Positions 35,101 through 46,880 of a stretch of 64,000 bases of DNA are shown here, in pieces (positions within the stretch are counted from its first letter, which is position 1; each line of letters begins with the position of its first letter). The notes under the pieces are model-generated. The model ran no database searches. It was not told the origin of the DNA and worked only from the letters and a program-made list of their open reading frames with translations. The stretch is from Tubulanus polymorphus (taxonomy: Eukaryota > Animalia > Nemertea), in assembly GCF_964204645.1 (NCBI RefSeq), contig NC_134028.1, positions 992,001 to 1,056,000 on the forward strand, in the 5' to 3' direction. Both the position numbers and the translations under genes were made by a program.

Positions 35101-37611
35101 CCGTTACACCAGTTTCCAATCGAGGCATGAATTGGTTGGTCCCGAACTATACTCAAGGTCATTTTGATTTCATATATGCGCGCGCAAACTTAATCATGAT
35201 TAAAAATAATATGGAAAAGATTTTGTAGTTTGAAATAAGAGTTACCTTCAACACATGATGCTTTCCGGTAACTGGTATCTTGTGGAACGATTGATAATAC
35301 GTGGTCCTCGCTGAGGGAATTTCAATCTAAATAAAACAGTATATATTAATCATTCTCTAAAACCAATATATTTGCTCGTTTCAATTATAGATAGCTGTAA
35401 ACTTACGAGAGGTGTTCTGAATTCAAAGCTTTTGAAATCAGGTCCTGGTGTGAAGGTTGGTTCCGGTTTGTCTAACAGATACAATGTATGAGCACCCCGA
35501 TTAGATTTGTGATACTTCATTTCATCGGGTCCGGTCGGATCTTCGTCGCTATATGCGTATATGATTCTCTGAGCTCCCGACTGCTCGAAATTCATATAGA
35601 AAACAAAATATAAATTTAATCGTGAAACTCGGATTCAGTTCTTAAGGATCCAGTTTCCAGTTGAAACGAAACATATACAGTTATTTTCACTGATCAAATG
35701 AACAACCGTTGAACGGAATCCTGGACTCCCAGTTGCGCAGTCACGACTTACGTCAAAAACTGGTTATAGAACCAAGATGATCGACTGGTCTAGGTCTGGA
35801 CTGTCTGGTCAACTGGCCCCTAATTGTTTACATTCATATCGATTTTTGAGATTAAAATCTTCAACATGATCTTCATTTGAATATATACCTCAATTTTAAG
35901 GTCACCATTTTTATCACAAGTGTCCAATTGGCGGTAGAATGTTAATTGTGTATATCCATCTTTCTCATATCCTTCCTTCAATGTCCAGTTTGCGTATGCG
36001 TCAGGAACAGGCATCGTATTACCCACTCCATGCATATCCTGTTTTTAACAAAGACAATCATTTTTTCTTGTTTTTTTTTCATATATAATTCATGCGATTC
36101 AATGTGAAACGGTTTCTGTACCCGTATGAACGCCGAGCCATGGTTCACCCATCCCACTACAATATCAGCATCTCTCATGCCACCGTTTTTGGACAGCCCG
36201 AAACCCACGTATCCTGTCGTTTTGACGGTCACTCGGAATGTTATCACTGTAGATGGTGGTCCGTCATATTGCCATTCGAGTAGGTATTTCTTGGCTGGAT
36301 CGAGGTAGGATCTTCTCGAGAAATGATGAGGAGCTGGTAGAAATGGACCAGGCATAGTAGTGGTTGTATATGCTGTTGTATTAACGGCATGTCTAGTTGT
36401 TGTTTGGTCTGTTGTTGAATTGTCTACCTGCGTTGCCTGTAACATGAATGAGTTTAACATTCAATGGTTATCTATTTTCACTACATTCTTATTAAACGAT
36501 TTTACGGTAAAAACCGACACTTCAAAAGGAAAAAAACGGGTCCGAAAGGTTTCCTTTAGTTAGTGGTTTATATCAATGTTTTAATCTATCCTGGTCATCT
36601 TCGGGCACACAATAGTTTTTCTATTTTGGGTTTTTACCAGCGAATAAGGCCATCTGAATAATGGTAGGGTATAATCTATTTACTTGATGATCTTCTGAGT
36701 TCAACAGTTTAAACAACATTCATTATATTCACTAAATCTTATTTCTGAAACAGCTTATTCTCACAGGAAACTGTGCGGAACATCGTGAACAGTGCAACAT
36801 ATACCGGTAACTAAAACTATACAAGAGATTTTAACGAAAATACGTGTTGAGAAGTTATTCAAAAAGGTTAAACTAGATCGGTGCAAAATGAACGATAGAT
36901 ACAAACCTTGTATAGTTCGAGCTCTCTGCTTCCTCTGGTGTCATAACCGTGGTATGTTGTATTCCTCAACGAGGGAATCTTAGAATTGGAATATGCCCAA
37001 ATTATATGCACCATGCCCTGAAATATATCGATATCAATATATCAACACCAGACGGATGAAGATAAATCAGATATAATCAGAAAGAAATATTAGGAAATAA
37101 AATTGTACAGGTTTGATGGTCATATCACGGGCGTCGTCTCCTGTGTCCAGATATCGCTCGAATGTAAAATTCATGCGTCCATTTGTGGAAGATGCGTTCA
37201 GTAATTTCCAATCGGACATAGGATCTTCAGTAGGTTGAGATCTGCCAGTTAAATGAGCGTCCTTGAATATAAATACAATATCTTCTATTAGTATTTATGC
37301 ACAATTCGTTAGTATTTCGAGCTTTGTTTTAGTATGAGAAGGTTTAAGTTACTTACAACCAATCTTGCTTTAGTTGTATTTATATCCATCCAACCGACTA
37401 CGACATCGCTACCGGGCATGTTCCCGTCCGGAGAAATACCGAACCCGAACCAGCCGTTAGTCGGTACAGAAACTCGAAATATTATCAAATTGTTCTTCAC
37501 TGCCCAATACATGTGAACTGTATCTCGTTCGTCGAGATATTCGCTCCTCCATGCCTCGGTCACCGCGAAGGAAACTGCCAGCAGCAACGAAAATAGGCAA
37601 AATGTTCTCAT
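32185..37611 (-). CDS. MOXD1/DBH-like monooxygenase, double DOMON, duplicate copy 2
   Basis: Same exon structure as 23072-28506, with VHHM, EIHYDNP, GHAH, SEMC and the hydrophobic tail. No stops seen in the exons read. Confidence 0.88.
34389..34459 (+). pseudogene. Degenerate tRNA-Pro(TGG) copy
   Basis: Compared with 25217-25288 it has a D-arm T>A, an anticodon-stem C>T, T-stem CCCGG>CTCG and acceptor 3' strand ACAGGCC>ACAGTTC. Confidence 0.85.
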
Positions 37612-38512
37612 ATCGCCAGCGATTTGATGGATCGATACTTTTGATTTAGATGAAGAAAGTTACTCTTTTCGATGCTACGTTTTTGACGTCCAGTTTTCGT
37701 GTGCGAAAAGATCATAATATGGAACGGTTTTTACAAGGCAGTCACGTGAGTCGTAGTTCAAATGACGTTATATGTTTTATTGTTCGTGAATCTAATTTTG
37801 GGTCTGGCCGAAATATCGAACTTGTTTTCGTTCATAAAACAAGAAATTCATTGCCGGTTTTCAGTAAAAAATTCTGAGAATTGTTCCACTGTATTTATCA
37901 ACGCAGTTCGTAACTAGTTTGATATCTTAAAGTCGAATATTCTAATATTGTTTATTGGCCGTTTTATTACATGGACCAAGAAAAAACCATAAAGATTAGC
38001 CGCTCCTAAAGAAACTTTTTCGCAATTTCAATGACACGTTCCTGTGCGCATACATCATACACGTCACATTGGCCGTAGGAGCGTGTGGCTAACTGGAATT
38101 AAAACCCAAAGTTTATGGCCAATATGACGTATGTGAGCTACATCAAAAATACATAAAGCGGTCCTCTCTGCCTGAGGCCAGTTTCACGAACACGTGACTG
38201 GGTGTGAGTTTTAATGACTGTCAAGTCTTCCTGTGAACGCAACCCTAAATACCTAATAATCGAAATGCAATTATCTTTCAAATGTCGTCATTTGCGTGGA
38301 TTGAAGGCCGTGGGAAATGACACGTTTAAAACGTTAAACCATCGAATTATATTATAATTATAAATCGTATTCGACTGTGTATCTATGTTTCAGGCTGATT
38401 TATACTCAGATGTGATAAGATGTTTTATCTCTATCGACCATTTGGCCCTATTTAACGCGCAATGAACATCATAGAATTCACAAATTGGGACTAAATTCAG
38501 CCTAAATCCTAA
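37612..38512. promoter_or_regulatory. Putative bidirectional promoter between monooxygenase (-) and astacin (+); copies 28507-29390 and 49848-50760
   Basis: Start codons face away from each other ~900 bp apart. TATTTAA lies ~60 bp upstream of the astacin ATG, with TGACGT half-sites and CACGTG E-boxes. Function is inferred. Confidence 0.45.
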
Positions 38513-41500
38513 ATGCTGTTCGTATTGATATCAGTCGTGCTTTCGAGCATTGTGGGAACGTCTTCACAGGTAAATAGATCACACAGTAACACTATCTTTT
38601 AACCTTTCACTTCGCAAAGCAATGAACCAGGTTCGTTAATTAATAACCGGTTCTATAATTTTGTCATAGTCGAACATGGCACAACAAACGATCTATTGAA
38701 AATTGTCATTCGATCCACTGAATGGTTACAGATATATGATATACAATCCAAATGTTAAGTCGCAAAAAGAGAGTCCTAAAAAGATTTTTCGAAGGTTGAT
38801 ATCTTTTATCCCGCAACGAAAGAAATACTTACATCGCTCGGGGCTTTTAGCTTCAGTCAATAAAGTATTGAATGATAGAATTAATATACAAAAATCAGTC
38901 GTGAATTGAGAATTTCTTTTAAAATCAGCAATGATATACAGAGGTGGTAAAAAGATATGTTTAAAAGGGCAAATTGTGTCTAGCTTAAATCCCAGGAGGA
39001 CCTATACCTGTTCATCCCTTCATACAGCGCCAGTGTAAAAAAAAGGTTCATGGGAAATAAATTCTGAAAATGAAACCGCTTTGTTAAGTATACGGTAGGA
39101 GGGGTAACTGTCTCTTAATCCCTTTTTTGTATATCAATGTTTCTTTCTGAAAATTACTCATGAAAAACAAATTCGCGGTCGGAATTCAACGAGAATGACA
39201 CTTGTAGCCATCTATTGGAATTTCGTGGAACTAATAGTTTAACGGTACAATTTGACGAGTCCGTAAACCGGGATGATTTCACTCAATCGCCATCTAGTAG
39301 AATAATTAAATAACTGGTAATCTTCTGAAATAATTACCCAGATGTATGGAGTTCTAAACATTGAAAATCAACCAACTGGAGACTTAACTCTCAATCATAA
39401 CTGCGAAAATGGATCCAAAATTCTTCATTCAAGTCAAAACTAAATTGATTTTCATTTGTGTCTTTTTTCAGTTTTCACCTGAATTCATTGAATATAAACG
39501 TAAGTAGCTTTAAATTGTTGTAAGCGTGTGGCACTAGGTGTCGCTGTAGCCCACTTTCAGGCTTAAGGTCCTAGTGACCCAATTAACTGATTTCTTTATT
39601 TTGGTTGCAGAGACTCATCCTGAAGAGTTTTCCGAAAAATTCGAAGGTGACATCGAGATTGCACCGGATCAAAAAGTACGTAACATGTATACATCACGGG
39701 CCAGTTGCACAGTCAACACCATTCTAAGACCGTATTAGTTCTATAGATAATCCAAATTAAAACCACCCTTAAGATTAAAGACAATTTTTTGACTGAGTCA
39801 TGAATATGCAACTGCTGCCCAGTTGCTCAAAATTTCGTTAAAGTTAAGCAGTTGACACGGTGATGATTAGGGCGCATTATAACCGTGGTATTTGTGGGAG
39901 CAAGTTCTGTCAAACGTGTTCTAACTACGATCCATCAGATTCCCTGAAATTATGTTTTTCTTTGTAACGGAAGAATGCTGGGAAACACATCAAAAAATGG
40001 ACGAAAGGAATTGTATATTATGACGTCAGTCAGTTAAGTAAGTTTCGTTATGTGACGTCACAAACGTCCTTCAAAAATAAAAATGCGTCTTTCTTAAACA
40101 TTCACAAAACTGATCGTCGAAAATACTTGATTATCACTTTTTAAGTATAATAGACTCTGTGTGCTAGTGATAGCAATTCATCCTGACGAAGGGTAAGTTT
40201 TTTGGTGTGAATATTACCTGTGATATTTTGTTACAGGTTCGAGGGGTAAAAGTGCAGTGAGAAATGCGCTTCGGGATCTTCAAGTTGCTGTTCAGTCGTG
40301 TGTTCGATTCGAAGAGAGGACACATCAGAAAAACTACATCAGAGTTTACAGTGGTTCGGGGTAAATGGTTTATCTTGGTTACACAGTTATTAGTGGCAGT
40401 ATTTTCATCACTGCTTCTAATTTACACTTATTGTGCACTTCCCAGATATTTACAAAGCTCCGAAGAATGGACCTTAATGTTAACAGCGCTGACAATTTTT
40501 CTATTTATAAAAAAACCGTAATGTTGACTAGATATGAAATCTGCTTGTTGATATTTCGGTCAGCTTTTTCTTTCCATCTTCACGGATCGATTCAAAATTA
40601 CAATTAGTTGTTCAAACGAAGATGTTAATATGATAACTAACCGCCATTTTGAATAAACTTCTGAAGACGGAAAAAAAAATTTCTAGATAGACTTCGCAAC
40701 TAATTTGGTCGTCAATTCGTATATTTGCATTTGTTCGAAGAATATCAGTGCATTTAATTTCAAAACGACGAACTTTTTCAACAAATTCAATTAGATTTTG
40801 TCTATGAAATTAATCAAATATGTTTTTAATTATTTCATGTTGTAGATGTTCGTCGTTTGTAGGAATGATAGGTCGTGGTGCACAAGATCTGTCACTGAAT
40901 GAACATGGGTGTCTCGGTATGGGAACGATTCAACATGAATTTCTACACGCTCTGGGATTTAAGCACGAACAATGTCGAAGTGACCGAGACGAGTATATAG
41001 ATATTCACTGGCAGAATATCGACTCTAGTAAGAGATAGAAAAACATATATATATATATATATATTTGTTGGTTATCACAAGCCGGTTCCATTGTCATAGG
41101 CTTAGACTTCAGATCAGTCTAATACCATCTTAGTTCTATAACCAATCTAACAACTTAAAATCAGGCTTAAGATTTAGCACCTCATATGCTATACCTGCTG
41201 CAGTGCTAGTAAATGTTTCTAGTTAAAATAAATGATTTCTAAAACGTTTTTCTTTTTTCTAGAAATGCAATACAATTTTAGAAAGGCTCAAACTGACAAC
41301 CTCGGTTTAGGTTATGCTTACGAATCAATAATGCATTATGGCAAATATGCTTTTAGGTACAGCAAATTCTCAATTCCATCAGGTTCGAATCCCAGAAATT
41401 GAGGATGATTTTTCCTGTTTTCTATTATCTCTTTTTTTAATCCTAGCTCAAACGGCAAACCGACCTTGACCCCAAAAGATCCCCGAGCTATAATCGGTAA

Positions 41501-42420
41501 GCGTGCACTTCACAAAAGAGATATCGCGATGGTGAGAAAACTTTACGGATGCTCCACAACTATGGGTAATTATATATATGTGAATCTGAGAGCGTTAACG
41601 CTATCGCTACGTTTTTCAACCGATCCAAATTTAGCCCGGGCATAAACTGGTGCGAACCAAACGTTTAAACTCGTTCCGAGTGGGTCCGTGTCTGTTTGGC
41701 GCCAACAAACGTTGGGAAAAAGCCCGGGTCAAACTTCAACATGAGTCAAATTATTCCGTTAAATGCTCAGGCATCGTTTTGATAGCACTTTGAAACGAGT
41801 GAGTGATCTGCACTAATGAAGAGCGGACTAAATCTAACTCGGGCCTGGACCGGGCTAAATCATCTCCGTGTGGTCGCAGTAAACTTCTCGTTTCGGTAAC
41901 AGTACACTCTTATATTTTGGTTGTAATGAAATAGAATGCGTTTGTTCAGATATTCGTTGTTTCCATTTAAAGAAAAGGATTGTCTTTTTTTCTTTCTATA
42001 GAGAAAAATGAGTGCGATTGCGACTATTATACCGGGGGATGTCGTGTGAGTAAACCAGCTCCTAAAGGTTTGGCGTGTAGATGTGTGTATAAAGGCGCCT
42101 GGTCATGTTCTGGTGTAGTTACTCGATGTAAAGATCACGCGTCTGCTAAATGTTCTCAACCGGATAAAACGTTTGAATCTTGCCAGAACGGTGGCGGAGA
42201 CTGCGAAGGTTATCCGTGTGACTGTAATTACAGACGTGGTGGTTGTTACATCAGTGTACCTCCCCTGCCAGGGTCGGCGTGTAAATGCATCTATAAGGGC
42301 GCATGGACGTGTCGCGGACATTCGATAGCGTGTAGAAACTCTGATGATGAGAAATGTAAAAATCCGGATAAATCGTACGCGACGTGTGAGCAAGGTCGTG
42401 GAGATTGCGGGGGATATTAA
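38513..42420 (+). CDS. Secreted astacin (M12A) metalloprotease with two C-terminal 10-Cys repeats, copy A
   Basis: Signal exon [19 protein letters not shown] (38513-38569), 28-nt exon 39472-39499, prodomain FEGDI (39611-39675), KNA..KW mature start, [19 protein letters not shown] zinc motif, Met-turn SIMHY (~41330), and a Cys-rich last exon ending TAA at 42420. Confidence 0.9.
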
Positions 42421-43213
42421 ACTACAGTGCGCGGATGGACCCAGGGTCAATGAAGGAGGCGCGCCCGAACGGAAGGTGTCCATTTAAGAAATTTAGGGCC
42501 ATTTCCAAGCTTTGTAGTGATTTCATTGCTTATACAGTAAGATTTCAGAACTTCTCATTAAAATGGTAAAACGTCTCAAAAAATTTAAATATTCTAATAG
42601 TTATTCTTTATATTCAATCCCGAGGTAAAGGGAATTTTAAGGGACCTCAAAATTCTAGGTTGGTCGGGCCTGGTCTGCCACAACTGTGCACCCTGTAACA
42701 TGTCCTTGTTTGTAAATGTGATCATACTTGTTTTGAGTAAAAATAAATCTGCCGCAGTGAAACCGGTTACTTATTAATCAGCTCGTGTGTCTTCCTTGCT
42801 TTTCTTTATATTGCATTCATGCGAATCTAGCTTACTTGTGTCGTACACTGTTTCAGAATAATGTATGCCATGTTGTGTAGGTCGAAATCCTGTTTTTTCG
42901 GTTCAAAACTCATACATAGTCATGTGCTACGCATATTTTTGTAATTAAAGAGGAATTTTTATTTTGCTTTCGGCATCTCTCTCACCACGCTGACTAATTA
43001 GATTGGATTATATATCAGCAGCGCTTAAACGGTCGTTTTATCAATTGCGCACAATCAAAGCCCAATTAAACAATCATTAAACTAAGCAGTGTATGTGCCA
43101 TAACTTATCTACGAGGAGTCTCTACAACAGTTCGTTCGATGTTATCTACTCAAAAGGAATTTAAGTGAAGTTTAGGCCTCCTTTATATCCACAGTCGCTA
43201 CCGAATCTCCTTT

Positions 43214-44740
43214 ATGGGTATATCAGAAGAGGATGACGGAGAACGTGGTCGACTCATCGATAACAATGGTGGTAAACACAATAATGCGGGCGCAACCGAA
43301 GAAACGCTTGAAACACTGCAAGATGCCACAAAAATTACCGATGATTCTAACAAAGACGATACTTCGTGTATTTTTCACTGTCGCCGAAACCCGATAACTT
43401 TGATATCGATCGTCGCTTTAGCTTTACTGATCGACAAGATGGCTATAGCGGCTTTTTTGCCCATTTTGCCGGATTACCTACGAACGATGCCATCGAATGT
43501 CAACACTACAACCGCGGCCGGCTACGACAATCAGTCGCAACAAATCGGTATTATCATCGCATTGTTTAATGCTGTACAGATAGCTGGTCAGATATTCGCT
43601 GGGATTTTAACTCATAGATGCGGACACAAATGCTCGTTCATGTTGGGGGTCGTATTATCATTCGCTAGTTTATTAGTGTGCGCATTGGCCGATAGGTGGT
43701 GGATGTTGATTTTTACGAGTGTTCTATTGGGTGCTTCAGCGTGTCTCACTCATGTAGCTGGAAATTCGTACGTGGCGACAATTATCGAAGAAAAAGAACG
43801 TCGCGTTTTTGCATTTTCCATCATTTCATACGCGAAATTACTCGGCCATGGCTTGGGATATTCGTTAGCCTCATACTTGTATCAATGGCTCGGCCGTTCA
43901 GCTCCATTCCTGTTCATGTTGTCGCTGGTAGTAATTGACGGAGTTTTGAGAATTTTCGTGTTCGTCGACGTCGATCCGGCGGATGACATCAAAACTGGCA
44001 CCACCAGCAACAACAACAGCAATACCAGCAACAGCAACAGCAGTACCAGCAACAGCAGCAACAACAACAACAGCAACAGCAGCAGCAATGGCAACGGCAA
44101 CAGCAGTACCAGCACCACCAGCAACTGTTGCAAATCGGCTAATTATTTCGCTGGCGTTTGTAAATCAATCCTCAGTGATCGTCAAGTTATTATCATGTTC
44201 GTCTGGCAGTTTCTAATCGCCATGTGTCTCAGTACGTACAATTCGTTCGTACCATTTTGGGCGATCAACTCGATGGGAGCCAAACAATGGGAAATAGGTA
44301 CAATGATGACAATCACTTTAATCATATGCGCGTTCAGTTCTTTTATATTTGCAGTAATCGTATCCAAATTCCTCACACACCGTTGGGTTTTTATGCTCAT
44401 CAATCTCATCCTAACCGGAATATCATTTATAACGTTCACATTTTGCCGCAATATCTGGCAGTCTTTAGCGCCGGATTTACTGTTACGCGTTGCTCATAGT
44501 ATATTCGGAACTGTATATGTATCATGGTTAACGGATCTGTGTCATTCGAGGTTTGACGATAATTACGAAACGATTATATCGCTGAATCTAATCATAGTTA
44601 ACGCCGGAGCGGTGACAGGGTCACTAACGCCAGGGACTCTAATCATTCCGTATGTTGGTTTTGTAGTTTTATTCCGGGCGATCGGTGCAGTACTCATCTC
44701 CTATTCGTTCATGTCACTGTGTTTGAGAAATGCTGCCTAA
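43214..44740 (+). CDS. Intronless MFS transporter, divergent SLC18 (VMAT/VAChT)-like, copy 1 (508 aa)
   Basis: ~12 hydrophobic segments. TM1 ALLIDKMAIAAFLPILPDYL resembles SLC18A LLDNMLLTVVVPIIP, and APFLFMLSLVVIDGVLR resembles APFLVLAALVLLDG. Ser/Asn central loop. Confidence 0.85.
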   Translation: MGISEEDDGERGRLIDNNGGKHNNAGATEETLETLQDATKITDDSNKDDTSCIFHCRRNPITLISIVALALLIDKMAIAAFLPILPDYLRTMPSNVNTTTAAGYDNQSQQIGIIIALFNAVQIAGQIFAGILTHRCGHKCSFMLGVVLSFASLLVCALADRWWMLIFTSVLLGASACLTHVAGNSYVATIIEEKERRVFAFSIISYAKLLGHGLGYSLASYLYQWLGRSAPFLFMLSLVVIDGVLRIFVFVDVDPADDIKTGTTSNNNSNTSNSNSSTSNSSNNNNSNSSSNGNGNSSTSTTSNCCKSANYFAGVCKSILSDRQVIIMFVWQFLIAMCLSTYNSFVPFWAINSMGAKQWEIGTMMTITLIICAFSSFIFAVIVSKFLTHRWVFMLINLILTGISFITFTFCRNIWQSLAPDLLLRVAHSIFGTVYVSWLTDLCHSRFDDNYETIISLNLIIVNAGAVTGSLTPGTLIIPYVGFVVLFRAIGAVLISYSFMSLCLRNAA

Positions 44741-45310
44741 TTTTCATTCTCGATAACTTTTGGAAAATCAGGTTTAATGACAAAATGGTGAATGCTATGG
44801 TGTTATGTATGGTTTATGGTGCATGGATAGTAAGTATTTCTCTCAAGCTCAGACGTTTATATATTGCTGTATTTTCAGAAATAAAATAAATCTTGCCTCA
44901 GATCAAAATTTTGTTGCCTGTGAATTTGACCTGATGATATCTTCGTGAGCAAGCTTATGCATCTCGACAACTCGACGTTGACATTTTCCGAAACCTGGAC
45001 ACATTGACGACGCGCGACCTCTCTGAATGAAGAGGAATAAACTTTAATTTGCTATGAATTCTTCCTGTGGCATGTGAGTTGTCACTCTACGCTGCCGCTT
45101 TACCGTACGCTGAAACATTCGCTGAGCAAAAGAGTTCCACTAAAAGTGGCTTGAAACCTGATTTTAAAAAGCAGATGTACCTGAAATAAAGCCTTTTGTA
45201 TTGAAAAAATTATTCATTTTACAACAAACTAGTGTTGGTGAATGAGTGAATTGACTAGGAAATGTTTCAGTATTCCTCACATGCCGTAGTAGACTGACTA
45301 GGCTGGACTA

Positions 45311-45904
45311 GATCTAAACCGTTCGGTGCTGCCCCTATGAATAACGATAGCGGAATTTCTGTGAACTAAAATAGTAGCGCATATTTACGACGGAATATAA
45401 TTTTCCGTTTAGTAAACAATAGGGATCACTGAGGCGCCTATTTCTAATAAACTACGATACTATGAATTCGTCCTAAATTTTTAATGCTTTTCCCACCTTA
45501 TTTGGGGTACGGTAACTATAATGTATTTTATTAGCAAAAATTATCTTGGTCAAATCAATTACACTTACATTACATAATTACATCAATATTACATGATCAC
45601 ATGTATTTGTACACAGGCAAAGAGAATGAATTATTCACTTACATCTTAACAAACATAAAAAACATTTGGTAAATATCCACCTTTTTCCTTCCAAAATCCC
45701 TCGTTCTCCCAATACAAATTTACTTAGAACTAATTTACTAATTCTATTATAGTCAAATTGCCAGTTGTGTTCTCGATAACCAACCTACATATCATACCTG
45801 TCCACTACGGCCGGCTGTCGAAAGACTCTGGCGAGCGAGTATTATTTTAGTTCACGTTTCCCCCGCTATCGTTATACATAGGGGCAGCACTAGACGGCAA
45901 GATC
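45311..45904. mobile_element. Foldback/MITE-like element with ~60-bp imperfect inverted arms; copy ~57565-58160, left arm only ~48993-49150, diverged single arm ~60820-60890
   Basis: GTGCTGCCCCTATGAATAACGATAGCGG (45326) vs CCGCTATCGTTATACATAGGGGCAGCAC (45863) is an inverted match with one mismatch. Confidence 0.7.
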
Positions 45905-46880
45905 ACTATTTCTACTGCGGCGGGCTTCTGTTGTTTTAATATCCCGGAACCATTGAACGCTGTTGCTTTACTGAATGAAATAATTCTCTCAATTGATAAA
46001 CACTCTGAACGCTCTGATTACTTTGTTTAGAAAATATTCAGTTCGTAGGTATAGAGGAGGGAATTTCTAAGGTACCTAAAAAATTCGGACGGCCCATGGA
46101 ACCGGCCTCGCGTGACATCTCCTTGTTTGTTAAATGGGATTATACCGGTTTTGAGTGATGATAAATCTACTGCAGTTAAAATGTCTACAACTTGTCTCAT
46201 TTTCATATCATTCTTCATTGGCGCGCAGAAAATTGTTTCTATACAAGTCTGGTATAATTTCAATGATTTAATGCATAATTCTGCTGATTATCAATGTGTG
46301 TGTCTATAAGCGATGTTGTTTGGTCCGGGGTCGCGTCAGTATATATGCTGCCTATTGGAATAAACACTCGAGTGTCGTGAATGTTATGGAATTATTTTTT
46401 CAGACATTTCTGTCACTACACTGAGACTAATGCATCAACGTATTCCGCTTCGAGAAACTCTAATTAGATTATATATTAGCAGCGCTTTAAAGTTCGTTTG
46501 ATCAATTACGCACAATCAAAGCCCGATTAAACTATCATTAAACAATCCGAGCTTTCTAATCTACGAGCATCACATTACCATAACTATATCAGACAAGCAG
46601 GTGTTCTGTGAAATCAAATACCAATATGTGTGCAGTGTACATGGTATATCTGAGTGGATATGTTTAAAGCCATCTTGATACTGTAATTGGAATTGAATAA
46701 ACTGTTATATCTGCGCTCATTATATTTACTTTATATGGGTCAATAAACTAAACTGTAAACTGTAAACTCATCTGCGTGGAGTCTGTACAACAGTTCGTTC
46801 GATCCGGATCTACTCTAAAGGAGGAATTTACGTGAAGTTTAAGCCTCCTTTATACTCGCGGCCGCTACTGAATTTCAGTT

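Larger units (their letters stand above)
21442..39697. repeat. ~9.1-kb tandem segmental duplication (units ~21442-30548 and 30549-39697)
   Basis: ATTTCAAATGAAACAGAAATACG restarts at 30549 directly after the astacin intron sequence TACATCAC. Colinear high identity continues through intergenic DNA, the minus-strand monooxygenase and the astacin 5' exons. Confidence 0.93.

Noticed and set aside
42103-42483. 126-aa antisense ORF over the Cys-rich exon (also 1353-1664 over ATOH8)
   Set aside because: These are antisense shadows of real coding exons.
43882-44133. Poly-Leu antisense ORFs and Ala/Thr alternate-frame ORFs in all four transporters
   Set aside because: These are shadow frames of the trinucleotide tract.
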